The notes under the pieces were generated by a model that ran no database searches, had not been told where the DNA came from, and saw nothing but the letters and a program-made list of their open reading frames with translations. DNA of 64,000 nucleotides from Vicinamibacterales bacterium (GTDB lineage: Bacteria; Acidobacteriota; Vicinamibacteria; Vicinamibacterales; UBA2999): assembly GCA_040081715.1 (NCBI GenBank), contig JBEBFY010000005.1, positions 48,699 to 112,698 on the forward strand, written 5' to 3'. Within the stretch, counting starts at the first letter, position 1; each line of letters opens with the position of its first letter. Position numbers and translations under genes: made by a program. This document shows, in pieces, positions 43,245 to 53,346 of this stretch.

Positions 43245-43757
43245 ATGAAACGCATCCGTGTGGGTCTGGGCATCGGGGCGGTCACCGTGGTGGCGCTGGG
43301 TCTTCGTGCGGCAGGAGGGCCACCGCCGGCGTATCCGAACCGCATCGTGCATGTGCCGGCCGCCGAGCACGAGGAAACCATCCGCACGGGACGCATCGCC
43401 GCGAAACGTACCAACGAGCTGATTCCACGAGACCTCGACCTGGGCATCCGCGTGAGTATGGGCCGCAAGGTCGCGAGCCCGGCCATCCCGGAGGCTGAAG
43501 TGCATGCCGACTTCGGCCACATCTTCCTCATCGAGGAGGGCGGCGGCACGCTGCTGCTCGGTGGCGAGCTGGTGAACCCGACCCAGCGCGGGCAGATGTG
43601 GGTCGCCGCGTCGATCAAGGGCGGGAAGCGGTATGAGATGAAGACGGGCGACATGATCACCGTGCAGGTGGGCATGCCGCATCAGTGGGTCGAGGTGCCG
43701 AAGAGCGTCTCGTACTTGGCGATCCACGCCTTCCCGGACAAGTATCAGCCGAAGTAG
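43245..43757 (+). CDS. Secreted cupin-like protein (paralogue of 38669)
   Basis: ATG 43245 gives MKRIRVGLGIGAVTVVALGL. The core is VHADFGHIFLIEEGGGTLLLGG...GDMITVQVGMPHQW. The longer track ORF from 42651 is rejected. Confidence 0.45.
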   Translation: MKRIRVGLGIGAVTVVALGLRAAGGPPPAYPNRIVHVPAAEHEETIRTGRIAAKRTNELIPRDLDLGIRVSMGRKVASPAIPEAEVHADFGHIFLIEEGGGTLLLGGELVNPTQRGQMWVAASIKGGKRYEMKTGDMITVQVGMPHQWVEVPKSVSYLAIHAFPDKYQPK

Positions 43758-43811
43758 GTGGCCGGGTGGCGAGGACAACGTAAGACAGGTTCGGTATCGG
43801 AGGGTTGAGAT

Positions 43812-46802
43812 ATGAAGCGCGTCCTTCTGGCGGTCGTCGCAGTGTTCTTCGTTGGCAGCCTGGTTGGTGCGCAGACCAACAGCCAGATCTTCGGTAAGGC
43901 CACCGACGCCTCGGGTGGCGTACTGCCGGGGGTGACCGTGACGCTGAGTGGCCCGGTGCTGCTGCAGCCCAGGGTGGCTGTTACGAGCGAGACGGGCACC
44001 TATCAGTTTCCCGGTCTGGCCATCGGGACCTACGCCGTGCGCTTCGAACTGGCGGGCTTTCGCGTGATCGTGAAGGAGGGCCTCCAGCTCCAGGGCAGCT
44101 TCAACGCCCAGGTGAACGCGGAACTGCCGATCGCGTCCCTGGCTGAGGACGTGGTGGTGACCGGGGTGAGTCCCATCATCGACGTCAGGAGCACCACGCA
44201 GGGCGCGCGCTTCAACGTCGAAGAGCTGAAGGCGCTCCCGACCGGCCGCGACATCTTCAGCATGCTCGACAAGGCGCCCGCCGTCGTCGTGGCGACTCAG
44301 AACGTGGGCGGCAGCAACCTCGGCCAGCAGAACACGTTCCTGTCGCGCGGCGCCTCGGCCAGTCAGGTGCGGACCTTCTCGGACGGTGCCGACACCGGCA
44401 CGGGCAACAACCTGCCGTTCTACATGGACTTCGACTCGTTCGAGGAAGTGCAGTTCAACACCGGCGGCGCGGATGTCACGATGCAGACCTCAGGCGTCAC
44501 CATCAACATGATTACCAAGAGCGGCAGCGACCGCTTCAAGGGGTCGGTGCGCGGGTTCCTGACGGACCAGCGTTTTGAAGCCAACAACGTGTCCGACGCG
44601 CTTCGACTGCGCGGTACCTCATCAGGCAGTCCGATCCTGAACATCAAGGACTACGGCTTCGAGGTTGGCGGACCCCTCAAGAAGGGCCGCGCCTGGTTCT
44701 GGGGCGGTCTGAGCCGCCAGCAGGTGGCCGTCGGGGCGAACAACTTCTACAGGAAGACGGGTGACTGCGGGGCCGTGGCGGCCGCTCCTCTGAATTTCTC
44801 GGTCGGCGACGTGCGGAAGTGCCTGGAGCCCAGCACCAACGACCTGCGGCACGTGAACTACAAGATCAGCGTGCAGCCGTTCTCCGGCAACCAGTTCAGC
44901 TTCCGTAACAGCTATGACCTCAAGCTGCAGTTGAACCGCGGCGCCGACGACCTGCATCCCTTTGCCGCCACGACGCGCCTGACCTCGGTGCCGGATTCCA
45001 TGGGTCCGAAGTTCTGGACCACCGGCTGGCCGCCCTTCTGGCGATTCGGCGACCAGCACACCTTCTCCGACCGGTTCATGATGGAAGTGGCGTATGCGCG
45101 CTTCTGCCCCTGCACGTATATCGGGCTCGCGGAGGACAGCCTCGCCACTGTGCAGCCGACGTTCGAGATCGCGACGGGGCTATGGGACCGGTCCTTCAGC
45201 GACAGCATCAATTTCACGATCAAGAACAACGTCGACGTCACGACCAATTACTTCCTGCCTGGCAAGCTCGGCGGGGATCACTCGCTGCGGGGGGGCTACA
45301 AGTACTACTACTACCCGATGACGACCACGGCCCACACCGGAGGCAACGTCATTGCGCGCTTCAACAGCGGACGCACGTTGCCGGCCTTCAGCACGCCGTT
45401 CAGTGCCCTGTTCTCGCGTGACAGCCTGCGGCAGCAGTACCTGTACCAGCACTCGCTCTACTTCCAGGACACGTACACGCGGGGGCGGGTGACGGTGATC
45501 GCGGGCCTCCGCTGGGATCGGCAGGACGACCGCCAGGGCGCCGCGACGGTGCCGGCCTCGCCATTCCAGGGGCAGGCCACGATGAACGGCGGGACGTTCA
45601 ACTTCTTCCCCGCGGTGAACTTCCCCGGACTGAAGGGCATGCCGGTGTGGAGCAACATCGCGCCGCGTCTCGGCGTCACCTGGGACCTGTTCAACGACGG
45701 GAGGACCGTGGTGAAGGGCTCCTACGCGCAGTACTACGATCAGCGCAGCCCGGGCCAACTCTCAGCCACGCTCAACACGATCGGCGCCAACACGATCGAG
45801 TTGCCCTGGCAGGATCTGAACGGCGACAAGACCGTGCAGGCTACCGAAGTGGATTCGAGCCGGATTCTGGCCTTCAGCGCCGGATTCGACCCGAACAACC
45901 CCGGGCTGCAGGTGAGTCCGAACCGCGTCGACCCGAACATCACGAACTCGCGGGCTGACGAGATCGTGGTGGGCTTTGCCAAGGAACTCCCGGGCGCGCT
46001 GAGCGTGACCGCCAGCTACGTCTGGCGCAGCTACTCCGACTTCGCGTGGAACGACCGCGCCGGGCTGACGTCCGCCGACTATACGCAGACGTCGTTTACG
46101 CCGCCCGCCTCGTCGTGCCCGGCCGGGGCCCGGTGCGAGGCCGTGACGTACTGGGTTCCGAACATCCCGATTCCCGCGGCCTTCACGCTGACCAACCAGC
46201 CGGACTTCTTCCGGAAGTTCCACGGAGTGGAACTGGTGGCCCGCAAGCGCCTGTCGCAGCGCTGGATGCTGACCGGCAGCTTTGCCTACAACGACACGAA
46301 GGTGAAGTACAACTCGCCGGATTCGTATGAGGACCCCACGAACATCGCGCAGCAGCACAACGCGCAGTACGCCCCCGGAGTGACCTCGGGCGGGCAGGAC
46401 CCGAGCAACCCGAACGCCATGTGGATCACCCGCTTCCAGGGCAGCTACCGCCTGCCGTGGTACGACATCGGGCTGGCCGCCACGACGGATCTCCGGCAGG
46501 GCTATCCGCTGCTGCCGTCCATCAACATCGCGACGCGGCCGAACCGGGCCGGTGCCGTACAGGTGCTGCTTGATCCGGTGGGTGACGTCCGGTTGCCGGC
46601 ATTCAGCTCGACCGATTTCCGCGTGGACAAGTCGGTCAGTGTCGGCTCCCGCAAGTTCCAGATGACCTTCGACCTGTTCAACATCTTCAACGCGGGCACG
46701 GACCTGGCGCAGCGCGTCGTGCAGAACGCGGCGAATGCGAATGTCGTGAGCCAGATCCTGGCCCCGCGGGTGGCCAGGTTCGGCGCCACCTTCACGTTCT
46801 GA
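43812..46802 (+). CDS. TonB-dependent-receptor-like outer-membrane beta-barrel with an N-terminal carboxypeptidase-regulatory-like domain
   Basis: 996 aa with a signal peptide. The N-terminal Ig-like domain reads GKATDASGGVLPGVTVTL...TGTYQFPGLAIGTYAVRFELAGF. The body is long and beta-rich, and the aromatic C-terminus RFGATFTF fits an outer-membrane barrel. Confidence 0.8.
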   Translation: MKRVLLAVVAVFFVGSLVGAQTNSQIFGKATDASGGVLPGVTVTLSGPVLLQPRVAVTSETGTYQFPGLAIGTYAVRFELAGFRVIVKEGLQLQGSFNAQVNAELPIASLAEDVVVTGVSPIIDVRSTTQGARFNVEELKALPTGRDIFSMLDKAPAVVVATQNVGGSNLGQQNTFLSRGASASQVRTFSDGADTGTGNNLPFYMDFDSFEEVQFNTGGADVTMQTSGVTINMITKSGSDRFKGSVRGFLTDQRFEANNVSDALRLRGTSSGSPILNIKDYGFEVGGPLKKGRAWFWGGLSRQQVAVGANNFYRKTGDCGAVAAAPLNFSVGDVRKCLEPSTNDLRHVNYKISVQPFSGNQFSFRNSYDLKLQLNRGADDLHPFAATTRLTSVPDSMGPKFWTTGWPPFWRFGDQHTFSDRFMMEVAYARFCPCTYIGLAEDSLATVQPTFEIATGLWDRSFSDSINFTIKNNVDVTTNYFLPGKLGGDHSLRGGYKYYYYPMTTTAHTGGNVIARFNSGRTLPAFSTPFSALFSRDSLRQQYLYQHSLYFQDTYTRGRVTVIAGLRWDRQDDRQGAATVPASPFQGQATMNGGTFNFFPAVNFPGLKGMPVWSNIAPRLGVTWDLFNDGRTVVKGSYAQYYDQRSPGQLSATLNTIGANTIELPWQDLNGDKTVQATEVDSSRILAFSAGFDPNNPGLQVSPNRVDPNITNSRADEIVVGFAKELPGALSVTASYVWRSYSDFAWNDRAGLTSADYTQTSFTPPASSCPAGARCEAVTYWVPNIPIPAAFTLTNQPDFFRKFHGVELVARKRLSQRWMLTGSFAYNDTKVKYNSPDSYEDPTNIAQQHNAQYAPGVTSGGQDPSNPNAMWITRFQGSYRLPWYDIGLAATTDLRQGYPLLPSINIATRPNRAGAVQVLLDPVGDVRLPAFSSTDFRVDKSVSVGSRKFQMTFDLFNIFNAGTDLAQRVVQNAANANVVSQILAPRVARFGATFTF

Positions 46803-46854
46803 TACCAACGCATCGATGCGACCGCACTGGCTTGACAGAGGAGTGAGAACCGCT

Positions 46855-48081
46855 ATGAACCCCCGAACACGCACGCTGGCGGCGATATCGCTTGGCGTGC
46901 TGGGCGCGCTCGGCGCGTACCAGCAGGCCCGGGCCACACAGTCGCCCGCGCCGATGAAGAAGCTGGCGGCGCCGGCGCCGAAGATGGTGCCGCACTTCGA
47001 GTGGGACGACACGTTCCCGAAGTTACCGTTCCCGAAGGACTGGATCATTGGCACGGTCGTTGGCGTCAATGTGGATGCGAAGGATCACGTCTGGATCGCG
47101 CATCGTGCCGAGACGCTCAATCCCAACGAGGTTGAGAAGGAACGGAAGCGCGGCGGCTGTTGCACGCGCGCACCGCACGTGATCGAGTTCGACTATGCCG
47201 GGAATCTCGTGCAGGCGTGGGGAGGACCGAGCCCGACAAAGGAGTATGACTGGCCGACGGCCGGCACGCAGAGCCCTGATCCGAACGTCGGTGGTACGCC
47301 GAACGGCATGCACAGCATCTTCGTGGACAGTCAGGACAACGTCTGGCTGACAGGGACGGGCCCCGGCGATGGACAGATCCTGAAGTTCACGAGGCAGGGC
47401 AAATTCCTTCTTCAATTCGGGACGACCGCAGCGGGGGCCGGTATGGCCAGCCGGAGCAGTGCCGACAGCAATTCGACGTCACGGTTGAACGCCGCGACCG
47501 GCGTCGGGGAGTACCGGCCAACCAATGAGATCTTCATTTCCGACGGCTACGGCAACCGGCGCGTCGCCGTGCTGGACCGGAACACTGGTCAGTACAAGCG
47601 GCACTGGGGTGCGTACGGCAAGCGGCCGGACGACTCGACGAAGTGGTCGTATGACGCCAATAACCCCAACCCGCAGTTCAATACCCCGCACGGTATCGCC
47701 GTGAGCCAGGACGGCTACGTCTACCTGGCGGACCGCAATAACAGCCGCATCCAGGCGTTCAAGGTGGACGGTACGTATGTCGGCGAGCGGTTCGTTGAGA
47801 ACCATGCCATGAGCGGAACGGCGTTCGGGATCGCACTGTCGGCGGATCTGGCTGAGAAGTATCTCTATATGCCGGATGGCCGGAACGAGAAGGTGTGGAT
47901 CCTCGAGCGGAAGACCATGGACATCCTCGGGTCGTTCGGGTGCCCGGGCCATGCCGGCGGCTGCATGACGACGCCGCACAGCATCGACGTCGACTCGCGC
48001 GGCAACATCTACATCGGTGAAACGTGGGAAGGGAAGCGCGTGCAGCGCTTTCTCTACAAGGGATTGAGGCCGCAGTCATGA
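46855..48081 (+). CDS. Secreted NHL-repeat beta-propeller protein (copy 1)
   Basis: 408 aa from ATG 46855 with a signal peptide. NHL-type blades are present (PHGIAVSQDGYVYLADRNNSRIQAFKVDGTY, PHSIDVDSRGNIYIGETWEGKRVQRF). Confidence 0.75.
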   Translation: MNPRTRTLAAISLGVLGALGAYQQARATQSPAPMKKLAAPAPKMVPHFEWDDTFPKLPFPKDWIIGTVVGVNVDAKDHVWIAHRAETLNPNEVEKERKRGGCCTRAPHVIEFDYAGNLVQAWGGPSPTKEYDWPTAGTQSPDPNVGGTPNGMHSIFVDSQDNVWLTGTGPGDGQILKFTRQGKFLLQFGTTAAGAGMASRSSADSNSTSRLNAATGVGEYRPTNEIFISDGYGNRRVAVLDRNTGQYKRHWGAYGKRPDDSTKWSYDANNPNPQFNTPHGIAVSQDGYVYLADRNNSRIQAFKVDGTYVGERFVENHAMSGTAFGIALSADLAEKYLYMPDGRNEKVWILERKTMDILGSFGCPGHAGGCMTTPHSIDVDSRGNIYIGETWEGKRVQRFLYKGLRPQS

Positions 48082-49301
48082 AACTCGCGAGCGTGATCGG
48101 CGCCGGCGCCGTGATGGCGGCCGTGGCGGTGACCCTTCCGGGGCGGGGCGTCTCGGCGGAGCAAGCGAAGCCGGCTGCCGCCGTCAAGGGCGGCGGCGAT
48201 GTGCCGCAGTTCCGGTACGACAAGACCTTCCCGAAGCCCCTGCCCAATGTGATGAAGGTGGGGCAGGTAGTCGGCGTGGCGGTGGACAGCCGGAACCACG
48301 TGTGGATCGTGCAGCGGCCGAAGAGCCTGAAAGGATCGGAGACAGAGGCGGCCGACGGGCGGTACGGCGGGTTCACCGGATCGATCGCCGGATGCTGCAG
48401 GCCGGCCCTCCCGGTGCTGGAGTTCGACCAGACCGGAAACATGGTGCAGACGTGGGGCGGGCCCCAGGACCTGGCGAAGGGCTACGACTGGCCGACACCG
48501 GGAGCGAAGAGTCCGGACAGCTTCTACGGCAGCGGCCCGTTCGGTGAGCGCGGCATCTTTGTCGATCACAACGACAACGTGTGGCTTGGTGCTGACGGCC
48601 CGGGAGATGGCTTCATCCTCAAGGTGAGCCGGTTCGGCCGCCCTCTGCTCCAGATCGGGAAGAAGGGGCAGAGCAAGGGCAGCCACGACACCGCGAATCT
48701 CAACGGCGCGTCGGGCATCGTTGTGGATGCACAGACGAATGAAGTCTTCGTGGCCGATGGCCTGAAGAACCGCCGCGTGATTGTGTTCAACGGACTCACC
48801 GGCAAGTATCTGCGTCACTGGGGCGCCTACGGCAAGCCGCCGGACGACTTGGTCCAGATGAAGCCCGACAGCCCGGACGTGAACAGTCCGCAGTTCGGCG
48901 ACGTGCATTGCATCGCGATGAGCCGCGACAAGCTGGTGTACGTCTGTGACCGCGTGAATAACCGCATCCAGGTCTTCCGCCAGGACGGCACGTTCGTGAA
49001 GCAGGGCGTCGTGGCGCCTGCAACGCCGGGCGGCACCACCTACGGCATCGCCTTCTCGCCGGACCCCGAGCAGCGCTTCGCGTATGTCGCGGACGGTACG
49101 AACGAGAAGGTCTGGATTCTGAATCGCGACACGCTGGAGACTGTGGGATCGTTCGGCTCGGGAGGACATTTCGGCGGCCAGTTCACCACCGCGCACAGCA
49201 TCGCGACGGACCAGCAGGGCAACATCTACGTGGGTGAGACGTGGGAGGGGAAGCGCGTGCAGCGATTCCGCTACCTCGGGCAGGGGCCCGCCGCCCGCTG
49301 A
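48078..49301 (+). CDS. Secreted NHL-repeat beta-propeller protein (copy 2)
   Basis: 407 aa. ATG 48078 overlaps the copy-1 stop (ATGA). The block structure matches copy 1 (HVWIVQRP, WGAYGKPPDD, VCDRVNNRIQVFRQDGTF, GETWEGKRVQRF). Confidence 0.75.
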   Translation: MKLASVIGAGAVMAAVAVTLPGRGVSAEQAKPAAAVKGGGDVPQFRYDKTFPKPLPNVMKVGQVVGVAVDSRNHVWIVQRPKSLKGSETEAADGRYGGFTGSIAGCCRPALPVLEFDQTGNMVQTWGGPQDLAKGYDWPTPGAKSPDSFYGSGPFGERGIFVDHNDNVWLGADGPGDGFILKVSRFGRPLLQIGKKGQSKGSHDTANLNGASGIVVDAQTNEVFVADGLKNRRVIVFNGLTGKYLRHWGAYGKPPDDLVQMKPDSPDVNSPQFGDVHCIAMSRDKLVYVCDRVNNRIQVFRQDGTFVKQGVVAPATPGGTTYGIAFSPDPEQRFAYVADGTNEKVWILNRDTLETVGSFGSGGHFGGQFTTAHSIATDQQGNIYVGETWEGKRVQRFRYLGQGPAAR

Positions 49302-49450
49302 TGCAGGCGCCCTGACCTGAAAAACAGTAGGAAAGAGGCCTCATTTCAGGGGAAGCCAAGGCTCATGCCCAGACCGGCATGGCACAATTTACGACACCCG
49401 ATCACGCGCCTCGGATGTTACGTTCTTACCGTGTGTTACCCGGAGGTTCG

Positions 49451-51922
49451 ATGAGAGAGTGTCGTCGCGCGGTGGTGGCCGCAGGGCTGGCGGTGTGTGC
49501 AGGCGTGGCCCTCGGTGCCGCCCCGGCGGCAGTGTCGGCACCGGCGGCCCAGGCAGGCGCCGCCGTTGCCGCGGCCCGTCCCGCGTCGTTGGCGCCACAG
49601 CAGGCGCTCGTGACGCGGTACTGCGTCACGTGTCACACGGAGCGCAACAAGGCCAATGCCGGCGGGTTCGCCCTCGATGCCGTGAACTTTGACGACGTGG
49701 CCACGAGCGCCGAACCGCTTGAGCGCGTCGTGCGAAAGCTCCGCGCCGGCCTGATGCCGCCGCCGGGACGGCCCCGTCCGGATGCCCGGACCTACGCCTC
49801 GCTGCTCTCCTCCATTCAGTCCCGGCTGGACAGCGAGGCGGCCGCCCATCCGAATCCGGGGCGCAAGGACACCTTCCACCGGTTGAACCGCACTGAGTAC
49901 CGGAATGTCATCCGCGACGTATTCGACATCGAGGTCGACGTGGCCGACCTGCTGCCGGTGGACAACCCGAGCTTCGGGTTCGACAACATCGCCGGCACGC
50001 TGACGCTGAATGAGTCGCTGATGGAGCAGTACCTGTCCGCGGCGGGCACCATTGCCACCGCGGTGCTGGGGAGCGACGCGACCCCTGCGTTCAAGGAGTA
50101 CCGCGCCTCGTACGAGTATTCCCAGGACGAGCGGCTTGATGGGTTTCCGATGGGGACCCGTGGTGGCATGCGCTCCACCCACATGTTCGCCAGAGACGGC
50201 GAGTACACCTTCGAGATGAAGATGATGTGCGGGTCCATCGTCACCGGTGAGAGCGGGTGCGCGGGTGTGTTTCCGGACACCCACGAAATGGAACTGACCG
50301 TGGACGGCGAACGCGTCGCCCTCATCCGCCTGCCGAAGAAGGGCAGTCCCGATGGCGAGATGAAGGAGTCGTACAAGGTGCGTGCAGCGGTCAAGGCGGG
50401 CCCGCACGACATGGCCGTCTGGTTCGTCAAGCAGCCCTCGGTGGACGAGTTCGATGGCCTGCGCAAGAAGTTTGACAAGCCGATGCACCGCTCGAACGCG
50501 GTCACCAATGACTGGATGGCGGTGTACCAGCCGTCGGTGCAGAGTGTGACGGTCGGTGGTCCCTACGGCCCCGGTGGTCCCGGGGACACCCCGGCGCGGC
50601 GCCGGCTCCTGGTCTGCACGCCCGCGACGGCGGCCGACGAGACGCCCTGCGCCCGCCGAATCCTGAGTACGGTCGCCCGCCGGGCATACCGCCGGCCCGT
50701 GCCGGCGGCTGAAGTGACCGGCCTCATGGACTTCTTCAGCCGTGGCAAGGCCAAGGGGTTTGAAGCCGGCATCGACCTGGCGCTGCGTCGCGTGCTGACC
50801 AGCCCTGCCTTCCTCTTCCGCGTCGAGGCCGATCCGGTGGGCGTGCGGCCCGGCGCCAACTACCGGATCAGCGACGTGGAGCTGGCCTCGCGGCTCTCCT
50901 TCTTCCTCTGGCGGAGCGGTCCGGACGACGAACTGCTCCGGCTTGCCGCGTCCGGTCAGTTGCATGTGCCCGCAGTGCTGCAGGGGCAGGTCCGCCGGCT
51001 ACTGGCGGACCCGCGCGCCGCAGCCATGACGGAGGACTTCGCCGGGCAGTGGCTCCAGCTCCGCAAAGTGGACGTCGCCCGGCCCAACTCGCAGATGTTT
51101 CCGAATTTTGACGACAGCCTGAAGGGCTACATGCGCCGGGAGACGGAGCTGTTCGTGGACAGCATCCGGCGCGACAACCGGCCGGTCGTCGATCTGCTGA
51201 CGGCGAACTACTCCTACCTCAACGAGCGGCTGGCCAAGCACTACGGGATTACCGGCGTAAAGGGCAGCCACTTCCGCCGCGTGTCGTTCCCCACTGACAG
51301 CCCGCGGAACGGCCTGCTGGGGCAGGGCAGCATCCTCACGGTGACCTCCTCACCCATTCGGACGCGCCCCGTGGTGCGAGGCAAGTTCATTCTCGAGAAC
51401 ATCCTGGGCACGCCGCCGCCGGCGCCGCCTGCCAACGTGCCGCCGCTGCAGGAGTCCGGCGCGGTGCTGGCGAAGACCATGCGGGAGCGGATGGCCGCGC
51501 ACCGCTCCAACCCGGTGTGTGCGAGTTGCCACGCGATGATCGACCCGCTCGGTTTCGCACTGGAGAACTTCAACCCGGTGGGTCAGTACCGGAAGGTGGA
51601 CGAGAACTTCGTGGCCATCGACGCCTCGGGCGCCATGCCGGACGGCGCCAAGTTTGACGGCCTGGCCGCCTTCAGGGGAGCCCTGGTCAAGGCCCCGGAG
51701 AATTTCGTGACAGCCGTCACGGAGAAGCTCATGATCTATGCCATGGGCCGGGGGCTCGGTTACAACGACATGCCGGCCGTCCGATCAGTCGTGCGGGGCG
51801 CCGGCGCCGGGGGCTATCGCTTCTCGGATGTCGTGCTGGGGATTGTCCAGAGTGTGCCGTTCCAGATGCGCCGTGCGTTGGATGCGCCGGCGGCTGCGGT
51901 CACCAAGGTTGCGTTGCGGTAG
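49451..51922 (+). CDS. DUF1592-family multidomain protein with an N-terminal CxxCH motif (copy b)
   Basis: 823 aa from ATG 49451 (the track start at 49379 is also possible). It has YCVTCHT and the same conserved blocks as 24560 and 59377. Confidence 0.85.
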   Translation: MRECRRAVVAAGLAVCAGVALGAAPAAVSAPAAQAGAAVAAARPASLAPQQALVTRYCVTCHTERNKANAGGFALDAVNFDDVATSAEPLERVVRKLRAGLMPPPGRPRPDARTYASLLSSIQSRLDSEAAAHPNPGRKDTFHRLNRTEYRNVIRDVFDIEVDVADLLPVDNPSFGFDNIAGTLTLNESLMEQYLSAAGTIATAVLGSDATPAFKEYRASYEYSQDERLDGFPMGTRGGMRSTHMFARDGEYTFEMKMMCGSIVTGESGCAGVFPDTHEMELTVDGERVALIRLPKKGSPDGEMKESYKVRAAVKAGPHDMAVWFVKQPSVDEFDGLRKKFDKPMHRSNAVTNDWMAVYQPSVQSVTVGGPYGPGGPGDTPARRRLLVCTPATAADETPCARRILSTVARRAYRRPVPAAEVTGLMDFFSRGKAKGFEAGIDLALRRVLTSPAFLFRVEADPVGVRPGANYRISDVELASRLSFFLWRSGPDDELLRLAASGQLHVPAVLQGQVRRLLADPRAAAMTEDFAGQWLQLRKVDVARPNSQMFPNFDDSLKGYMRRETELFVDSIRRDNRPVVDLLTANYSYLNERLAKHYGITGVKGSHFRRVSFPTDSPRNGLLGQGSILTVTSSPIRTRPVVRGKFILENILGTPPPAPPANVPPLQESGAVLAKTMRERMAAHRSNPVCASCHAMIDPLGFALENFNPVGQYRKVDENFVAIDASGAMPDGAKFDGLAAFRGALVKAPENFVTAVTEKLMIYAMGRGLGYNDMPAVRSVVRGAGAGGYRFSDVVLGIVQSVPFQMRRALDAPAAAVTKVALR

Positions 51923-51971
51923 CCGCTGAGAGCGGCAGTTCGGTTCTGAGAGGCAGAGGAGATCAACCGTC

Positions 51972-53333
51972 ATGAACATCACGAAAATGGCATTGCCGCG
52001 TCGGACGTTCCTGCGTGGTACGGGCGTGGCCCTCGGGTTGCCCCTGCTCGATGCGATGGTGCCGGCGCTGACCGCGCAGGTGAAGACGGCGGCCAATCCG
52101 ATTCCGCGCATGCTCTGGACGTATGTGCCGAACGGGATCCTCCTCGAGGACTGGTATCCGAACGGGCAGCAGGGCATCGCCGGCGAGGGGGCGGGGTTCA
52201 AGCTCTCCACCACGCTGGGGCCGTACGCGCAGTTCAAGGACCAGTTACTGGCCGTCCAGGGACTCGCGAGCCCCTCGGCTGAGTCGCGCGGCAATAGCCG
52301 CGCGCCGCACACCAAGGCGCACACGGCGTATCTGAGCGGTGCGCGCGCGAAGTATACGGAAGGCGCCGACATCGAACTGGGCGAAACGGTTGACCAGTAC
52401 GCCGCCGACGTGCTGGGCGTAGACACGCCGCTCCGGTCGCTCGAAATCGCGCTCGAGGCCAACTACATGACGGGCAACTGCGACAACGGCTACGCCTGTG
52501 TGTACCAGAGCGCGATGTCGTGGCGGACGCCGACGATGCCGCAGCCGGGTGAGACCAACCCGCGCGTCGTCTTCGAGCGGTTGTTCGGCGACGGTTCCAC
52601 CGGCCAGCTGCGGCTCGAACGGTTGCGGAACAACCGCAGCATCCTCGACGCGATGCGCGCCGACATGGTCGGTCTCCAGAAGAGGCTCGGCCCGTCGGAC
52701 CGGAGCAAAGTGGCCGAGTACCTGGATACGATTCGCGACGTCGAGGGCCGCATCCAGAAAGCGGAAGCGCGCACCAACGAGTCGCCGATCCCGATGACCC
52801 GGCCCTCGGCGATTCCGGACAACTTCGACGAGCACGCCAAGCTGATGTGGGACCTGGTGTTTCTGGCGTGGCAGGCTGACATCACCCGCGTGGCGACGTA
52901 CCAGATTTCACGTGAGCAGAGCGACCACTCGTATCCGAATGTCGGCGTCAACGACGGGCACCACTCGGTGTCGCACCACGGGCACAACCCCGAGCGGATG
53001 GCGATGCACACGCGCATCAACACCTATCACGCATCGCTGGTGGCCTATCTGGCCGGAAAGCTGAAGCAGACGCAGGACGGAGACGGGACGCTGCTCGACC
53101 ACTCGCTGTTGATACATGGCAGCGGCATGGGCGACGCCGATGCCCACGACCCCCATAACCTGGCCATCACGATGGTCGGTGGCCTGTGCGGGAAGCTCAA
53201 AGGTGACCGGTCCCTGGTGTATCCGGTCGGCGAGAATATTCCGTTCATGAACCTGAACCTGGCGCTGCTCAACAAGATCGGCATCGGCGTCAAGGAGATG
53301 GGCGACAGCACCGGTGCGTTGGCTGGCGTCTGA
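51972..53333 (+). CDS. DUF1552 family protein with a Tat-type signal (copy c)
   Basis: 453 aa. N-terminus MNITKMALPRRTFLRGTGVALGLPLLDAMVPALTA. Confidence 0.88.
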   Translation: MNITKMALPRRTFLRGTGVALGLPLLDAMVPALTAQVKTAANPIPRMLWTYVPNGILLEDWYPNGQQGIAGEGAGFKLSTTLGPYAQFKDQLLAVQGLASPSAESRGNSRAPHTKAHTAYLSGARAKYTEGADIELGETVDQYAADVLGVDTPLRSLEIALEANYMTGNCDNGYACVYQSAMSWRTPTMPQPGETNPRVVFERLFGDGSTGQLRLERLRNNRSILDAMRADMVGLQKRLGPSDRSKVAEYLDTIRDVEGRIQKAEARTNESPIPMTRPSAIPDNFDEHAKLMWDLVFLAWQADITRVATYQISREQSDHSYPNVGVNDGHHSVSHHGHNPERMAMHTRINTYHASLVAYLAGKLKQTQDGDGTLLDHSLLIHGSGMGDADAHDPHNLAITMVGGLCGKLKGDRSLVYPVGENIPFMNLNLALLNKIGIGVKEMGDSTGALAGV

Positions 53334-53346
53334 CAGCCGAGCCAGG

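Noticed and set aside
42651-43675. Long overlapping ORFs on both strands (42149-43675 minus, 508 aa; 42651-43757 plus, 368 aa).
   Set aside because: Only the distal parts look like real proteins (the TAXI lipoprotein from ATG 43150 and the cupin-like protein from ATG 43245). The mutually overlapping upstream parts are junk-like.
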